Below are positions 48,355 through 57,527 of a stretch of DNA of 64,000 bases, piece after piece; position 1 is the first letter of the stretch; each line of letters begins with the position of its first letter. Made by a program: the position numbers and the translations under genes. This DNA comes from Geopsychrobacteraceae bacterium (lineage in GTDB: Bacteria > Desulfobacterota > Desulfuromonadia > Desulfuromonadales > Geopsychrobacteraceae), in assembly GCA_963662315.1 (NCBI GenBank), contig OY759353.1:3872001-3936000 (forward strand), read 5' to 3'. The notes under the pieces were generated by a model, which did not search any database, was not told the origin of the DNA, and saw only the letters and a program-made list of their open reading frames with translations.

Positions 48355-49347
48355 TTATTCTTCACCAATCTGCAGCACAATTTTGCCAAAATGTTTGTCT
48401 TCTTCCATCATCTGATGGGCAGCGACAACCTCTTCAAGGGGGAATACCTTCTCGATGATCGGCACAATGCTGCGATCTGCAAACTTAGGTAGGGCTCTAC
48501 GGGTAAATTCAGCAATGATTTCGCCTTTTTCGACAATTGGGCGACTGCGCAGAACCGAGCCGATTATCTGCTGACGTTTAACCATCATCAACGCCAGATT
48601 CAGTTCTGCTTTGATACCACTGATGACGCCGATGATGACGAGTTTTCCCTTATAAGCCAGTGAGTTCATGTTCGGCTTCAGGTATTTTGCTCCTACGTGA
48701 TCAAGAACCAGATCGACGCCTTGCTTGTTGGTATATTCTTTGACGACTTCAGTGAAGTCAGGGTTTTCTGTATAATCGATGACCAGATCAACACCCAACT
48801 CTTTGACCCGTTCAATTTTTGTCGGATGGGCCGTGACGATAAGTTTGGTGTTCGGAGTCAGGGCTTTTGCCAGCTGGATGGCGGCAGTATTTACCCCACC
48901 GCCACCGCCGTGAAGAATAGCGGTCTGGCCGTCTTCTAACCCACCGATCATAAAAACATTAAGGAAGGCAGTATTATAACTTTCATTGACGCATGCGGCT
49001 TCGGTGAAGCTCATGCTGTCCGGGATTGGCATCAGGTGATTTTCGTAGGCTACGGCATATTCAGCATAACCGCCGCCACCAACCAGCGCCATAACACGAG
49101 CGCCAACCTGCCAGTTTTTGACATCAGAGCCGATCGCAGCGATGGTTCCCGCAACTTCCAGCCCAAGAATCTCAGAGTCACCCTTTGGTGGAGGGTAGTT
49201 TCCCATACGCTGGACCAGGTCTGGACGATTAATGCTGGTAGCGATGACTTTAATTAGTACTTCATTGGCTTTTGGCTCTGGAATATCGATATCACCAATT
49301 GTCATGACTTCCGGGCCACCAAATTCATTCATTAAAACTGCTTTCAT
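48355..49347 (-). CDS. NAD(P)H:quinone oxidoreductase, PIG3 family
   Basis: INRPDLVQRMGNYPPP, ILGLEVAG, GGGYAEY, GSVLRSR, HFGKIVL. Confidence 0.93.
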   Translation of the reverse strand: MKAVLMNEFGGPEVMTIGDIDIPEPKANEVLIKVIATSINRPDLVQRMGNYPPPKGDSEILGLEVAGTIAAIGSDVKNWQVGARVMALVGGGGYAEYAVAYENHLMPIPDSMSFTEAACVNESYNTAFLNVFMIGGLEDGQTAILHGGGGGVNTAAIQLAKALTPNTKLIVTAHPTKIERVKELGVDLVIDYTENPDFTEVVKEYTNKQGVDLVLDHVGAKYLKPNMNSLAYKGKLVIIGVISGIKAELNLALMMVKRQQIIGSVLRSRPIVEKGEIIAEFTRRALPKFADRSIVPIIEKVFPLEEVVAAHQMMEEDKHFGKIVLQIGEE

Positions 49348-49598
49348 GCGATTCTCCTTGTATTGAGCGATTTAGCGATTAAAAAAGCTTCAGACTGATC
49401 GAATACTGATGGTTAAGGTTCTTCACCCATATCTTTCATGAACAGGACAGAATCCGCCAACAGCTTAGCGCAGAAACTGTAACCGATGCGAGGGGCAATG
49501 GCCGATAATAGGTCGATTTTTTTACGTTGACCAATGATTATCGAGCAAGTGGTTGCAACGATTATGTTAGCGGTTTAGAAGTCAGCGAATGATGAGCA

Positions 49599-50300
49599 TT
49601 ACTTTGGCCTGACAAAGCGATACCCTCGGCCACGGACGGTCAGAAAATAACTGGGATGGGCAGGGTTCTCTTCAAAATATTTGCGCAGTCTGACGATGAA
49701 ATTGTCAAGCGTCCGGGTTTCGGTGCGAGGAGAGACCTCCCACACCTGCTCAAGGATTTCACCTCGTGATAGCACTTTCCCTTCATTACTGAAGAACAGC
49801 TTCAGCATTTTGATTTCCAGGTCGGTCAGTTCAAAGCTCCCCTGGCTGGTATGGGCTTGATGGCTCCGCCAGTCGATGCGGTTATTGCCGAATTGGTAAA
49901 TGTGGAGTTTGCTTTCGTCGGATTGCCAGACTGAACGCCGGAGCAAGGCCGAGACCCGCAACAAAAATTCTTTAAGGTTAAAGGGTTTGGGCAAGTAGTC
50001 GTCGGCACCTTCGCTGAGCCCGTCAATGCGATCCTGTTCACCGCTTCTGGCCGTTAGCATTAAAACCGGTATCTGGTTACCCCTCGAGCGCAACGTGCGG
50101 CACACTTCAAGGCCATCAATGCCAGGCAGCATCAGATCCAGAATCATCAGGGCAAAGGAGCTGGTTGACAGCAATGCCAACGCATCTTCACCATTATCGA
50201 CATGGTGGACAAGATACCCCTCTTCTTCCAGGTTGAAAATCAGACCCTGGGCAATATGTGGTTCGTCCTCAACCAGTAACAGAGGAATTTTCTGCCTCAT
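49599..50300 (-). CDS. OmpR-family response regulator
   Basis: LLVEDE, LDLMLP, ADDYLPKPF, TRTLDNFIVRLRK, TVRGRGY. Confidence 0.94.
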   Translation of the reverse strand: MRQKIPLLLVEDEPHIAQGLIFNLEEEGYLVHHVDNGEDALALLSTSSFALMILDLMLPGIDGLEVCRTLRSRGNQIPVLMLTARSGEQDRIDGLSEGADDYLPKPFNLKEFLLRVSALLRRSVWQSDESKLHIYQFGNNRIDWRSHQAHTSQGSFELTDLEIKMLKLFFSNEGKVLSRGEILEQVWEVSPRTETRTLDNFIVRLRKYFEENPAHPSYFLTVRGRGYRFVRPK

Positions 50301-51253
50301 GATTTTTTCCTGTCGATGTGCAGGGGAATAACCAGGTTGAAGGTTGTTCCACGATTGCCTTTATTGCCACCAATCCAGACTTTACCACCGTGAAGCTTAA
50401 TCAGATTGCGTACGATAAACAGGCCAAGACCACTTCCTTTGATGGTTTTACCGGTCTGGCGCAAACGATAAAACATGCGGAACACCTTTTTCCTGTCTTT
50501 AGGCGGAATGCCTGGGCCCTGATCCGATATCTGCAGGTTGGCATTGTCGCCTGAGCGGGTCAGCCTGACATGCACAATCGGAGCGCTATCCGCGTAAAGA
50601 ATGGCATTTTCCAGCAGGTTGCGCAAAACGGTTTCCAGCGCTTCTTTCTCGATTCGGGCCTGTAGCCCAGCTTCCAATTGCCAGGTCAGAGAACCTTCGA
50701 CAGGAAAGTTGTTCTGTTCCTGAGTCAGATAGGTTTCAAGCAGCATGGCCAGGTCACAATTTTCCAGATGAAGCTGAGTGCTTTTGGCTTCAATACGACC
50801 GGCCATCAGAAGGTTGTTGATCAGGGTTCCCAGGCGCTGAGTGTCGTCCTGCATCAGCAGTGTGAAGCGCTGTAATTGTTCAGGGTTCGGCTGTCGCATC
50901 TGAATCGTTTCCAGATGCAGTTGCAGTGAGGCCAGCGGTGATTTCAGCTCGTGACTGACCTGATTGATGAAGTGACGCTGAGCCTTATACAGGGATGCCT
51001 GACGTTTCCAGAACAGAAAAATGACGTAGATTCCGATGAGGATGGCAACCAGCAGGACGATTCCTTCGGTCAGAATCAGCCAGTCGGTCGTATCTGGAAG
51101 CCATTCTGCCTGGTAGCGGGTTGCCAGTTCCTTGAGTTGCTGGTGGCGACCAAGAAACCAGTAGATCCAGGAAACGAGCAGAAAAATCCACAGGATCTGA
51201 ATGCTGATGAAGGTAATTAACGGATGAAACAGACGTTTGAATACTCTTTTCAT
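50297..51253 (-). CDS. Short sensor histidine kinase (two TM helices, small extracytoplasmic loop)
   Basis: VSHELKSP, NLLENA, DQGPGIP, GSGLGL; about 25 aa between the TM helices. Confidence 0.92.
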   Translation of the reverse strand: MKRVFKRLFHPLITFISIQILWIFLLVSWIYWFLGRHQQLKELATRYQAEWLPDTTDWLILTEGIVLLVAILIGIYVIFLFWKRQASLYKAQRHFINQVSHELKSPLASLQLHLETIQMRQPNPEQLQRFTLLMQDDTQRLGTLINNLLMAGRIEAKSTQLHLENCDLAMLLETYLTQEQNNFPVEGSLTWQLEAGLQARIEKEALETVLRNLLENAILYADSAPIVHVRLTRSGDNANLQISDQGPGIPPKDRKKVFRMFYRLRQTGKTIKGSGLGLFIVRNLIKLHGGKVWIGGNKGNRGTTFNLVIPLHIDRKKS

Positions 51254-51359
51254 AGACCCCAATAATAAATCACGTCTTTACTCCCTGAAAGCAGATTTTT
51301 TCAATTTTGACGTTAGTCATTGAAAATATTCTAAAAGAGGCTTGGGGTACAGATCATTT

Positions 51360-51375
51360 TTACACAACTATTACA
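51360..51375 (+). promoter_or_regulatory. OmpR-type tandem direct repeat
   Basis: TTACA-CAACTA-TTACA (11-bp period), 57 nt upstream of the ATG at 51433. Confidence 0.55.
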
Positions 51376-51432
51376 ATTCAAATTTGACTCAGCTGGTAGA
51401 ATTCACCATCAAAATAATCAACAGGAGTAAAC

Positions 51433-52512
51433 ATGGTGGAAGGTTTGACAATCGGTAGATACAGTGTTCCTTTTCCGGTAATTCAGGGTGGTATGGGGGT
51501 CCGTATTTCTGGTCATCGCCTGGCAGGCAATGTTGCCCTGAATGGTGGCATCGGGATTGTTGCTGCTGCTGGCCTGGCGTTGGATGATGAAACGTATAAC
51601 GGTAAAAACTTTTTTGCCGCAGACCATCATGGTTTGCTGGTGGAATTGCGTAAAGCTTTCGAAATTGCACCGGATGGTATTATCGGTGTCAACTGTATGG
51701 TTGCCGTCAGCAATTATGATGAGGTGGTAAAAACTGCCTGTGAAGGTGGTGCCAAATTGATCATCAGTGGTGCAGGGTTACCTATGAACCTGCCGGGATT
51801 GACGGCTGATTATCCAGAAGTGGCCCTGGTTCCCATTGTCTCTTCCGTTAAAGCTGCCGAGCTGATTGCCCGGAAATGGCATAAGGTCTACCAGCGGCTG
51901 CCCGATGCTGTTGTGGTTGAAGATCCGGATACCGCTGGCGGACATCTTGGCGAAAAGGCTGAGAATATTGGCAATGGCAGTTATGATCAATATGCCACGG
52001 TACGTGGTGTGAAAAAATACTTTAAAACCGAGTGGAAAAGAGATATTCCTGTCATTGCAGCCGGTGGCGTATGGGATCGTCAGGATCTGCAATATGCTTT
52101 GGCCAATGGCGCCGACGGTGTCCAGATGGGAACGCGCTTTGTTGTGACTGAAGAATGTGATGCTGATGATGCCTTTAAACAGGCCTATCTGGATTGCACC
52201 AAGGACGATATCGGCCTGATGATGAGTCCGGCGGGTTTGCCTGGCCGGGCAATCTTGAAAAATATCGACCAAGTACGTCAGCGCGATGTTGATCTGAATG
52301 TGTTCTGCCCCTCCAATTGCCTGAAGAAATGTGCTTACAAAGCTTCGCGGGAGCGTTTCTGCATTGTTCATTCTCTGAATCGTGCTCAGCGGGGAGATAC
52401 GGAAACAGGTCTTATTTTCTGTGGCAGCAATGCTTGGAAGGCTGACCGGATTTCTACTGTTAAGGAAGTGTTTGAAGAACTGTTTCCTGAAGCGGAACGT
52501 GCCGCCTGCTGA
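51433..52512 (+). CDS. Nitronate monooxygenase-family flavoprotein, FabX-like
   Basis: IQGGMGV, SGAGLP, PIVSS, AGGHLG, AAGGVWD, GVQMGTRF, and the C-terminal Cys motif CPSNCLKKC...FCI. Confidence 0.88.
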   Translation: MVEGLTIGRYSVPFPVIQGGMGVRISGHRLAGNVALNGGIGIVAAAGLALDDETYNGKNFFAADHHGLLVELRKAFEIAPDGIIGVNCMVAVSNYDEVVKTACEGGAKLIISGAGLPMNLPGLTADYPEVALVPIVSSVKAAELIARKWHKVYQRLPDAVVVEDPDTAGGHLGEKAENIGNGSYDQYATVRGVKKYFKTEWKRDIPVIAAGGVWDRQDLQYALANGADGVQMGTRFVVTEECDADDAFKQAYLDCTKDDIGLMMSPAGLPGRAILKNIDQVRQRDVDLNVFCPSNCLKKCAYKASRERFCIVHSLNRAQRGDTETGLIFCGSNAWKADRISTVKEVFEELFPEAERAAC

Positions 52513-52538
52513 AGTCGTTCAGCGAGATAAATCCAATT

Positions 52539-52570
52539 AAAAAAGTCCGGGCATGTGTCCGGACTTTTTT
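52539..52570 (+). terminator. Intrinsic terminator
   Basis: AAAAAAGTCCGGGCA-TG-TGTCCGGACTTTTTT. Confidence 0.88.
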
Positions 52571-52696
52571 ATTGCAGGGCTGTTGTTTTCCTTATTCTTT
52601 GCTTTTGGCGCTGATTTGTTATTGTCAAATATAGTGAAATCTATATTATCCTTCGGTAGGCTTACTCATAGTTCACCATTTCCCTGGAGTCGATGA

Positions 52697-53422
52697 ATGA
52701 GACGTTTTCTGATCCGAACCCTGATCTGTTTTGCTCTGCTGTTACCACTGCAATCTTATGTCTGGTTTGATATGGCCTGTGCCGGTGAAAAAGAAGAGCG
52801 GATTCAGGCGTTACAGGAAAAGATGACGCAACTAAAAGGTATGCTGGCAGAACTGGAGGAACAGAAACTGCGGGAGCAACCTCCCGAGGAGATCCCCTGG
52901 CAACCGCTGATCAGCCGTGGAGAGGAGCGTCGTGCCTATACGCAGTATGCTTATCTTCTGGCACCGCAAATGCGTCAGGAATCCCTTAGCGCGGCATTGG
53001 AGCAGCTATATTATACGGCGGCCCGCGATGGTATGAGCCACCGTGGTACCCTGTTTGTGATTCCCGCGCTTAACCAGACCGAAGCTAAACAGTTAGAGGG
53101 CGTTGATTATAACCGCGGTCTCGCTGCGGATCTGTTAGGGGCCGTTGGCATTCCGTCTGCTGTTTCAGGTGGCCTGTTGGTTACCTCTGATCCTATCGGT
53201 AAGCAAGCCCGGCAGGACCGGCCAATGCTGTACCTTGATCTGGACGGTTGTTCCCCTATGTTGCGGGCCCGCATCTTTGAGCTGTTATTAGTCTCAACAT
53301 TGGATGAGTCTGGTGCGAGCCTATATTCCTTTATTGGTAATCTGGTCGCTGCCGCCAAGCCTCAGGTTTTTCAGCTTTACCAGCAGCAGCAGATCCTGTG
53401 GCTCTCAGTTGTTCCGGAATAG
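52697..53422 (+). CDS. Hypothetical exported protein with an N-terminal coiled coil
   Basis: GGAG RBS, signal-like N-terminus, EERIQALQEKMTQLKGMLAELEEQK; no family recognised. Confidence 0.7.
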   Translation: MRRFLIRTLICFALLLPLQSYVWFDMACAGEKEERIQALQEKMTQLKGMLAELEEQKLREQPPEEIPWQPLISRGEERRAYTQYAYLLAPQMRQESLSAALEQLYYTAARDGMSHRGTLFVIPALNQTEAKQLEGVDYNRGLAADLLGAVGIPSAVSGGLLVTSDPIGKQARQDRPMLYLDLDGCSPMLRARIFELLLVSTLDESGASLYSFIGNLVAAAKPQVFQLYQQQQILWLSVVPE

Positions 53423-53640
53423 TTTTTATCCGGAACCGGCCCTTTTCTTTCTGAATCCTTGTCCGTTGTTATTTTGAGTCTTCTGATGGCAACGGACGGG
53501 TCGCGTTTTTGAGCGATTGTTCAGGAGTTCTTGAGTGGCGGGGGAGAGTGTAGTAACCTGACTAAAAGCACCGATTCAGTCACTTATTGCCCCGTAGCGG
53601 ATCCACTGATCCGTTGAAGATAGGTTGTGCAGGAGAAATC

Positions 53641-54762
53641 ATGAGTTCTCAACAGCAAGAGTTTATCCCCAAATGGATCGCCTGGGAAAGTACCCAGCGC
53701 TGTAATCTCAATTGTGTCCATTGCCGCTGTTCGTCAGATATGTCTGCGGCCGCAGGTGATTTTAATACAGCTGAAGCATTTAAACTGATCGACGATATCT
53801 GTGAAATCAGCAAACCGGTTATGGTTTTATCGGGCGGAGAACCCCTGCTGCGCAAGGATATTTTCGAAATCGCCGAATATGGTACGCAACAAGGGTTGCG
53901 CATGTGTATGGCGACCAACGGCACCCTGATTGATGACGCGGTCTGCGCCAAGATGAAGCAGGCCCAGATCAAGATGGTCTCCTTGTCCCTTGATGGATCC
54001 ACCGCTGCTATTCATGATGATTTTCGTTCCAGTGAAGGCGCTTACGCCGGAGTTATTCGCGGCGCTGAAACCCTTAAGCGCAACGGTATCCCGTTTCTGA
54101 TCAATTCATCTTTCACCAAACGTAACCAGCACGACATTGGTGCGACTTTCAAACTGGCCAAAAGTCTCGGGGCAACGGCTTGGTACATGTTCATGATTGT
54201 ACCGACCGGGCGGGGTGAAGAAATTATGAATGAATTAATTTCTCCTGAGGATTACGAAGAAATCCTGGCTTGGCATTATGAACAGGAGAAAAATGAGGAC
54301 GACATCCTCATGCGGCCAACCTGTGCGCCGCATTATTATCGCATCGTTCCGCAGATGGCCAAGGCCGAAGGGGTTGACTTCAAGCGCCGCAGCCTGACCT
54401 TCTCGACTGGCGGCGGTAAAGGGTGCATTGCCGCCCAGACCATCTGCCTGATCGATTGCTTCGGTAATTTAAAACCCTGCTCCTACTTCCATTCTTCCGT
54501 CGGTAACGTTAAACAGATCCCATTTAAAGAACTTTGGTTTAATTCCAAGGTCTTTAATGATCTGCGTGATTTCAGTAAATACCAGGGCAAATGTGGTGAG
54601 TGCGAGTTTATCAATGTCTGCGGTGGCTGTCGTGCCCGAGCTGACGCGGTTTATGGTGATTATATGGCTGAAGAACCGTTCTGCAGCTATATCCCTCGCC
54701 GCACCCGGCAGCGGATGGCGCAGGAAGCGGCTGATAATGCACCACCGGCAAGTGACCCATAA
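53641..54762 (+). CDS. Radical SAM/SPASM heme biosynthesis protein, AhbD/NirJ-like
   Basis: [31 protein letters not shown], and SPASM cysteines [17 protein letters not shown]; sits upstream of hemE-hemH. Confidence 0.88.
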   Translation: MSSQQQEFIPKWIAWESTQRCNLNCVHCRCSSDMSAAAGDFNTAEAFKLIDDICEISKPVMVLSGGEPLLRKDIFEIAEYGTQQGLRMCMATNGTLIDDAVCAKMKQAQIKMVSLSLDGSTAAIHDDFRSSEGAYAGVIRGAETLKRNGIPFLINSSFTKRNQHDIGATFKLAKSLGATAWYMFMIVPTGRGEEIMNELISPEDYEEILAWHYEQEKNEDDILMRPTCAPHYYRIVPQMAKAEGVDFKRRSLTFSTGGGKGCIAAQTICLIDCFGNLKPCSYFHSSVGNVKQIPFKELWFNSKVFNDLRDFSKYQGKCGECEFINVCGGCRARADAVYGDYMAEEPFCSYIPRRTRQRMAQEAADNAPPASDP

Positions 54763-54878
54763 GTGCTCCGTGTGTTGTGCCATTTCATATTTAAATTTTC
54801 AGATTTCGAACCTTATCTTTTAGTGTAAAAAAGATATCCAGAAACTTTACCTTTTAAGTGAGGAGGTCAGACTCTCAT

Positions 54879-55916
54879 ATGTCCAGTGACTATAACTTTC
54901 TTAAAGCCTGCTGGTGCCAACCGGTTGACCGCGTTCCCGTTTGGCTGATGCGTCAGGCCGGTCGTTATCTGCCTCAGTATAAAGAAGTCCGTGCTCAAGG
55001 GGGCGGGACCTTTCTTGATCTGTGCAAAGACCCGGCACGGGCTGCGGAAGTAACCATTCAACCGATTGACATTCTGAATGCCGATGCCGCGATTCTGTTC
55101 TCCGATATCCTGACCCCCATTGAACCGATGGGGCTCACGCTTGATTTCGTGCCAGGTCCGGTATTTGAAAATCCGGTGCGTACCGCTGCAGATGTCGATG
55201 CGCTGGTTGTCCCAGAAGATATGGCCACAGCGGTAGCTTATGTCCCGGAAATTATTAAACGCCTGCGAGTTGCTTTTGAAGGACGGGTTCCTTTAATCGG
55301 TTTTGGCGGAGCCCCTTTTACCCTGGCCTGCTATATGGTTGAAGGGAAGGGGAGCAAGGATTTTGCCAGCCTTAAGCAGATGATGTACAGTGATCCCGGT
55401 CTTTTTGATGCCCTGATGCAGAAGATCACCGAAATGGATCGCCGCTATCTGAATATGCAGATTGCTGCCGGAGCTCAGGCTATCCAGATCTTTGACACCT
55501 GGGGTGGGTTGCTGGCTCCGCATGATTTTGAACGCTATATTCTGCCGTATGTGCAGCAGCTGATCAATGGCCTTGATCGTGATGGAATTCCGGTGATTTA
55601 TTTCGTTAAAAACGGCGGGACGATGCTCGAACTGGTTAAGCAGGCCGGCAGTGACGTCATTGGCCTCGACTGGCACGTCAAACTGGGCAAAGCGCGTGAT
55701 ATTCTTGGTGATGATATTGCGGTCCAGGGGAATCTTGACCCAACGGTGCTTTATGCGCCCAAAGAATATATCGAGCGTGAGGTACAACGGATCCTTACCG
55801 AAAATAATGATCGCCCTGGTTTTATCTTTAACCTTGGCCACGGCATTCTGCCGACCGTACCGCCGGAAAATGCCATTTTTATGGTTGAGTGCGTGCACCG
55901 ACTCAGTCAAAAATAA
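54879..55916 (+). CDS. hemE: Uroporphyrinogen decarboxylase
   Basis: PVWLMRQAGRYLP, AILFSDIL, GAPFTLACY, QGNLDP, FNLGHGI. Confidence 0.97.
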   Translation: MSSDYNFLKACWCQPVDRVPVWLMRQAGRYLPQYKEVRAQGGGTFLDLCKDPARAAEVTIQPIDILNADAAILFSDILTPIEPMGLTLDFVPGPVFENPVRTAADVDALVVPEDMATAVAYVPEIIKRLRVAFEGRVPLIGFGGAPFTLACYMVEGKGSKDFASLKQMMYSDPGLFDALMQKITEMDRRYLNMQIAAGAQAIQIFDTWGGLLAPHDFERYILPYVQQLINGLDRDGIPVIYFVKNGGTMLELVKQAGSDVIGLDWHVKLGKARDILGDDIAVQGNLDPTVLYAPKEYIEREVQRILTENNDRPGFIFNLGHGILPTVPPENAIFMVECVHRLSQK

Positions 55917-55932
55917 TCTAGGAAAATTCCGG

Positions 55933-55961
55933 ACGGGGCCTTATCGGGGCCCCGTTTTTTT
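55933..55961 (+). terminator. Intrinsic terminator between hemE and hemH
   Basis: ACGGGGCC-TTATCGG-GGCCCCGT-TTTTTT. Confidence 0.75.
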
Positions 55962-55985
55962 CAAGTATGGGTGAGATTTTTCTTT

Positions 55986-56957
55986 ATGCCAGATAGCAAA
56001 CGCGTTGCTTTGATTTTATTGAATATGGGTGGCCCCGACTCGCTGGAAACCGTTGAACCATTTTTATACAACCTGTTTTCAGACCGGGAACTGATTCAGC
56101 TTCCGGCCGGAGGACTGCTGCAGAAACCGTTTGCAAAGCTGATATCTCACTTTCGGGCTAAAAAAGTTGTCGACAACTATCGCATGATCGGAGGAAAGTC
56201 CCCGTTACTTGAATGGACACAGAAACAGGCCGATGGCATCGCTCAGCGCCTGGGGGACCATTTTCGGCCGTTTGTCATTATGCGGTACTGGCAGCCGCGG
56301 GCCGAGCAGGTGCTGCAACAGATTAAACAGGAAGGGATTCAGACTGCGGTTGTACTGTCCATGTATCCGCATTATACCCGGGCCACAACAGGCAGTAGTG
56401 TCAACGATTTCAGGACGGCTGTGGCTAGGATTTATCCGGAGCTTGAATATCAGCTTATTGAGGAATGGTATGACTGGCCCGGTTATATAGAGGCCCTGGC
56501 GAACCGGGTGAACGAAGGGCTTGATACGTTTCACGACCTGCTGCGCGATGATGTCCAGATTCTGTTTTCGGCCCACGCCTTACCACAGAAATTTATCGAT
56601 CGCGGCGATCCCTACCAGCAGCAGGTTGAAGCGACTGTTGAAGCGACTATGCGGAGGGTTGGCTACTATGACTGGAGCATCGCTTACCAGAGTCGTAGCG
56701 GGCCGGTCAAATGGATGACTCCTGGTACCGATGAAATGATCGACAAATTTGCCACCGTTGGTCACCGCGCCTTGCTACTGGTACCAGTCTCCTTTGTTTC
56801 GGATCATATCGAAACTCTGGAAGAGATCGATATTGAATATCGTGAGCGCGCGACCAGTCAGGGTATCACCCATTTCCACCGGTCTCCGTCTCTTAATGAC
56901 CATGATGATTTTCTCACCGCCATGGCCGATCTGGTCAAGGTGCGCCTGTCCTTGTGA
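55986..56957 (+). CDS. hemH: Ferrochelatase
   Basis: LLNMGGP, IGGKSPL, LFSAHALP, GDPY, YQSRSGP..W..P, FVSDHIETLEEID. Confidence 0.96.
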   Translation: MPDSKRVALILLNMGGPDSLETVEPFLYNLFSDRELIQLPAGGLLQKPFAKLISHFRAKKVVDNYRMIGGKSPLLEWTQKQADGIAQRLGDHFRPFVIMRYWQPRAEQVLQQIKQEGIQTAVVLSMYPHYTRATTGSSVNDFRTAVARIYPELEYQLIEEWYDWPGYIEALANRVNEGLDTFHDLLRDDVQILFSAHALPQKFIDRGDPYQQQVEATVEATMRRVGYYDWSIAYQSRSGPVKWMTPGTDEMIDKFATVGHRALLLVPVSFVSDHIETLEEIDIEYRERATSQGITHFHRSPSLNDHDDFLTAMADLVKVRLSL

Positions 56958-56958
56958 A

Positions 56959-57141
56959 ATGAACAGCTGCCGTTTGTGCCATAAACTATTTGACCCGCTG
57001 CAGCAACCCAGCGAACCGGATCAGCTGGCGGGTCAGTATTTAGCCGAACACGATTACGGTGACGCCGGTCAGCTTTGTCTTGACTGTCTGGCTAGCCGTG
57101 GCCGCCTGGCCATGATGTATCGTAGTGACTGCTTTGACTGA
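56959..57141 (+). CDS. 60-aa Cys-motif protein (probable Zn finger)
   Basis: ATG one base after the hemH stop; MNSCRLCHKLF...GQLCLDCLASRGRLAMMY. Confidence 0.7.
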   Translation: MNSCRLCHKLFDPLQQPSEPDQLAGQYLAEHDYGDAGQLCLDCLASRGRLAMMYRSDCFD

Positions 57142-57438
57142 ATGCGCATGGTCCTGCCAGGGGTATTTTATTCCGTTTCCGCTAATTCCGATTCTCTTTC
57201 CAACCTAAAGTTAGATCCTTACCAATTCAGGATGTCCAGTCCTGCCTGTCGGTCTGCACTTTAACCTCTGGTGCTTTTGTCCCCGGTACAAGTATTCACG
57301 GATGGCCAAATACATAAGCAACCGAATCGATAGTAAAAGTTAGAATCGCTTCCCCGGTATTTTGGGGTTTTGTGAGGTCATGTCACATACTTTGAGCGGA
57401 TTTTCATTGTTGACCTGAAAGTGGAAAGCTTATACAAC

Positions 57439-57452
57439 TGGTCTGAAGACCT
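57439..57452 (+). promoter_or_regulatory. FadR/GntR-type operator, copy 1
   Basis: TGGTCTGAAGACCT, just downstream of TTGACC-N17-TACAAC. Confidence 0.85.
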
Positions 57453-57527
57453 GAAGATATGATCTTGGTTAGATTACGAGAAATCGGAATTAGAAGTATT
57501 GCCATTGAAGAAAAAATAGGAATAGTA

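Noticed and set aside
56749..57141. 130-aa ORF overlapping the hemH 3' end
   Set aside because: Only the last 60 codons, from ATG 56959, look coding; the rest is out-of-frame overlap.
56959..57141. CRLCH read as a c-type heme attachment site
   Set aside because: No signal peptide, the motif sits at residues 4-8, and a second CxxC suggests a metal finger.
57371..57387. CRP/Rex-like site TGTGA-GGTCATG-TCACA
   Set aside because: The spacer is 7 nt instead of 6 and it occurs once; it cannot be assigned.
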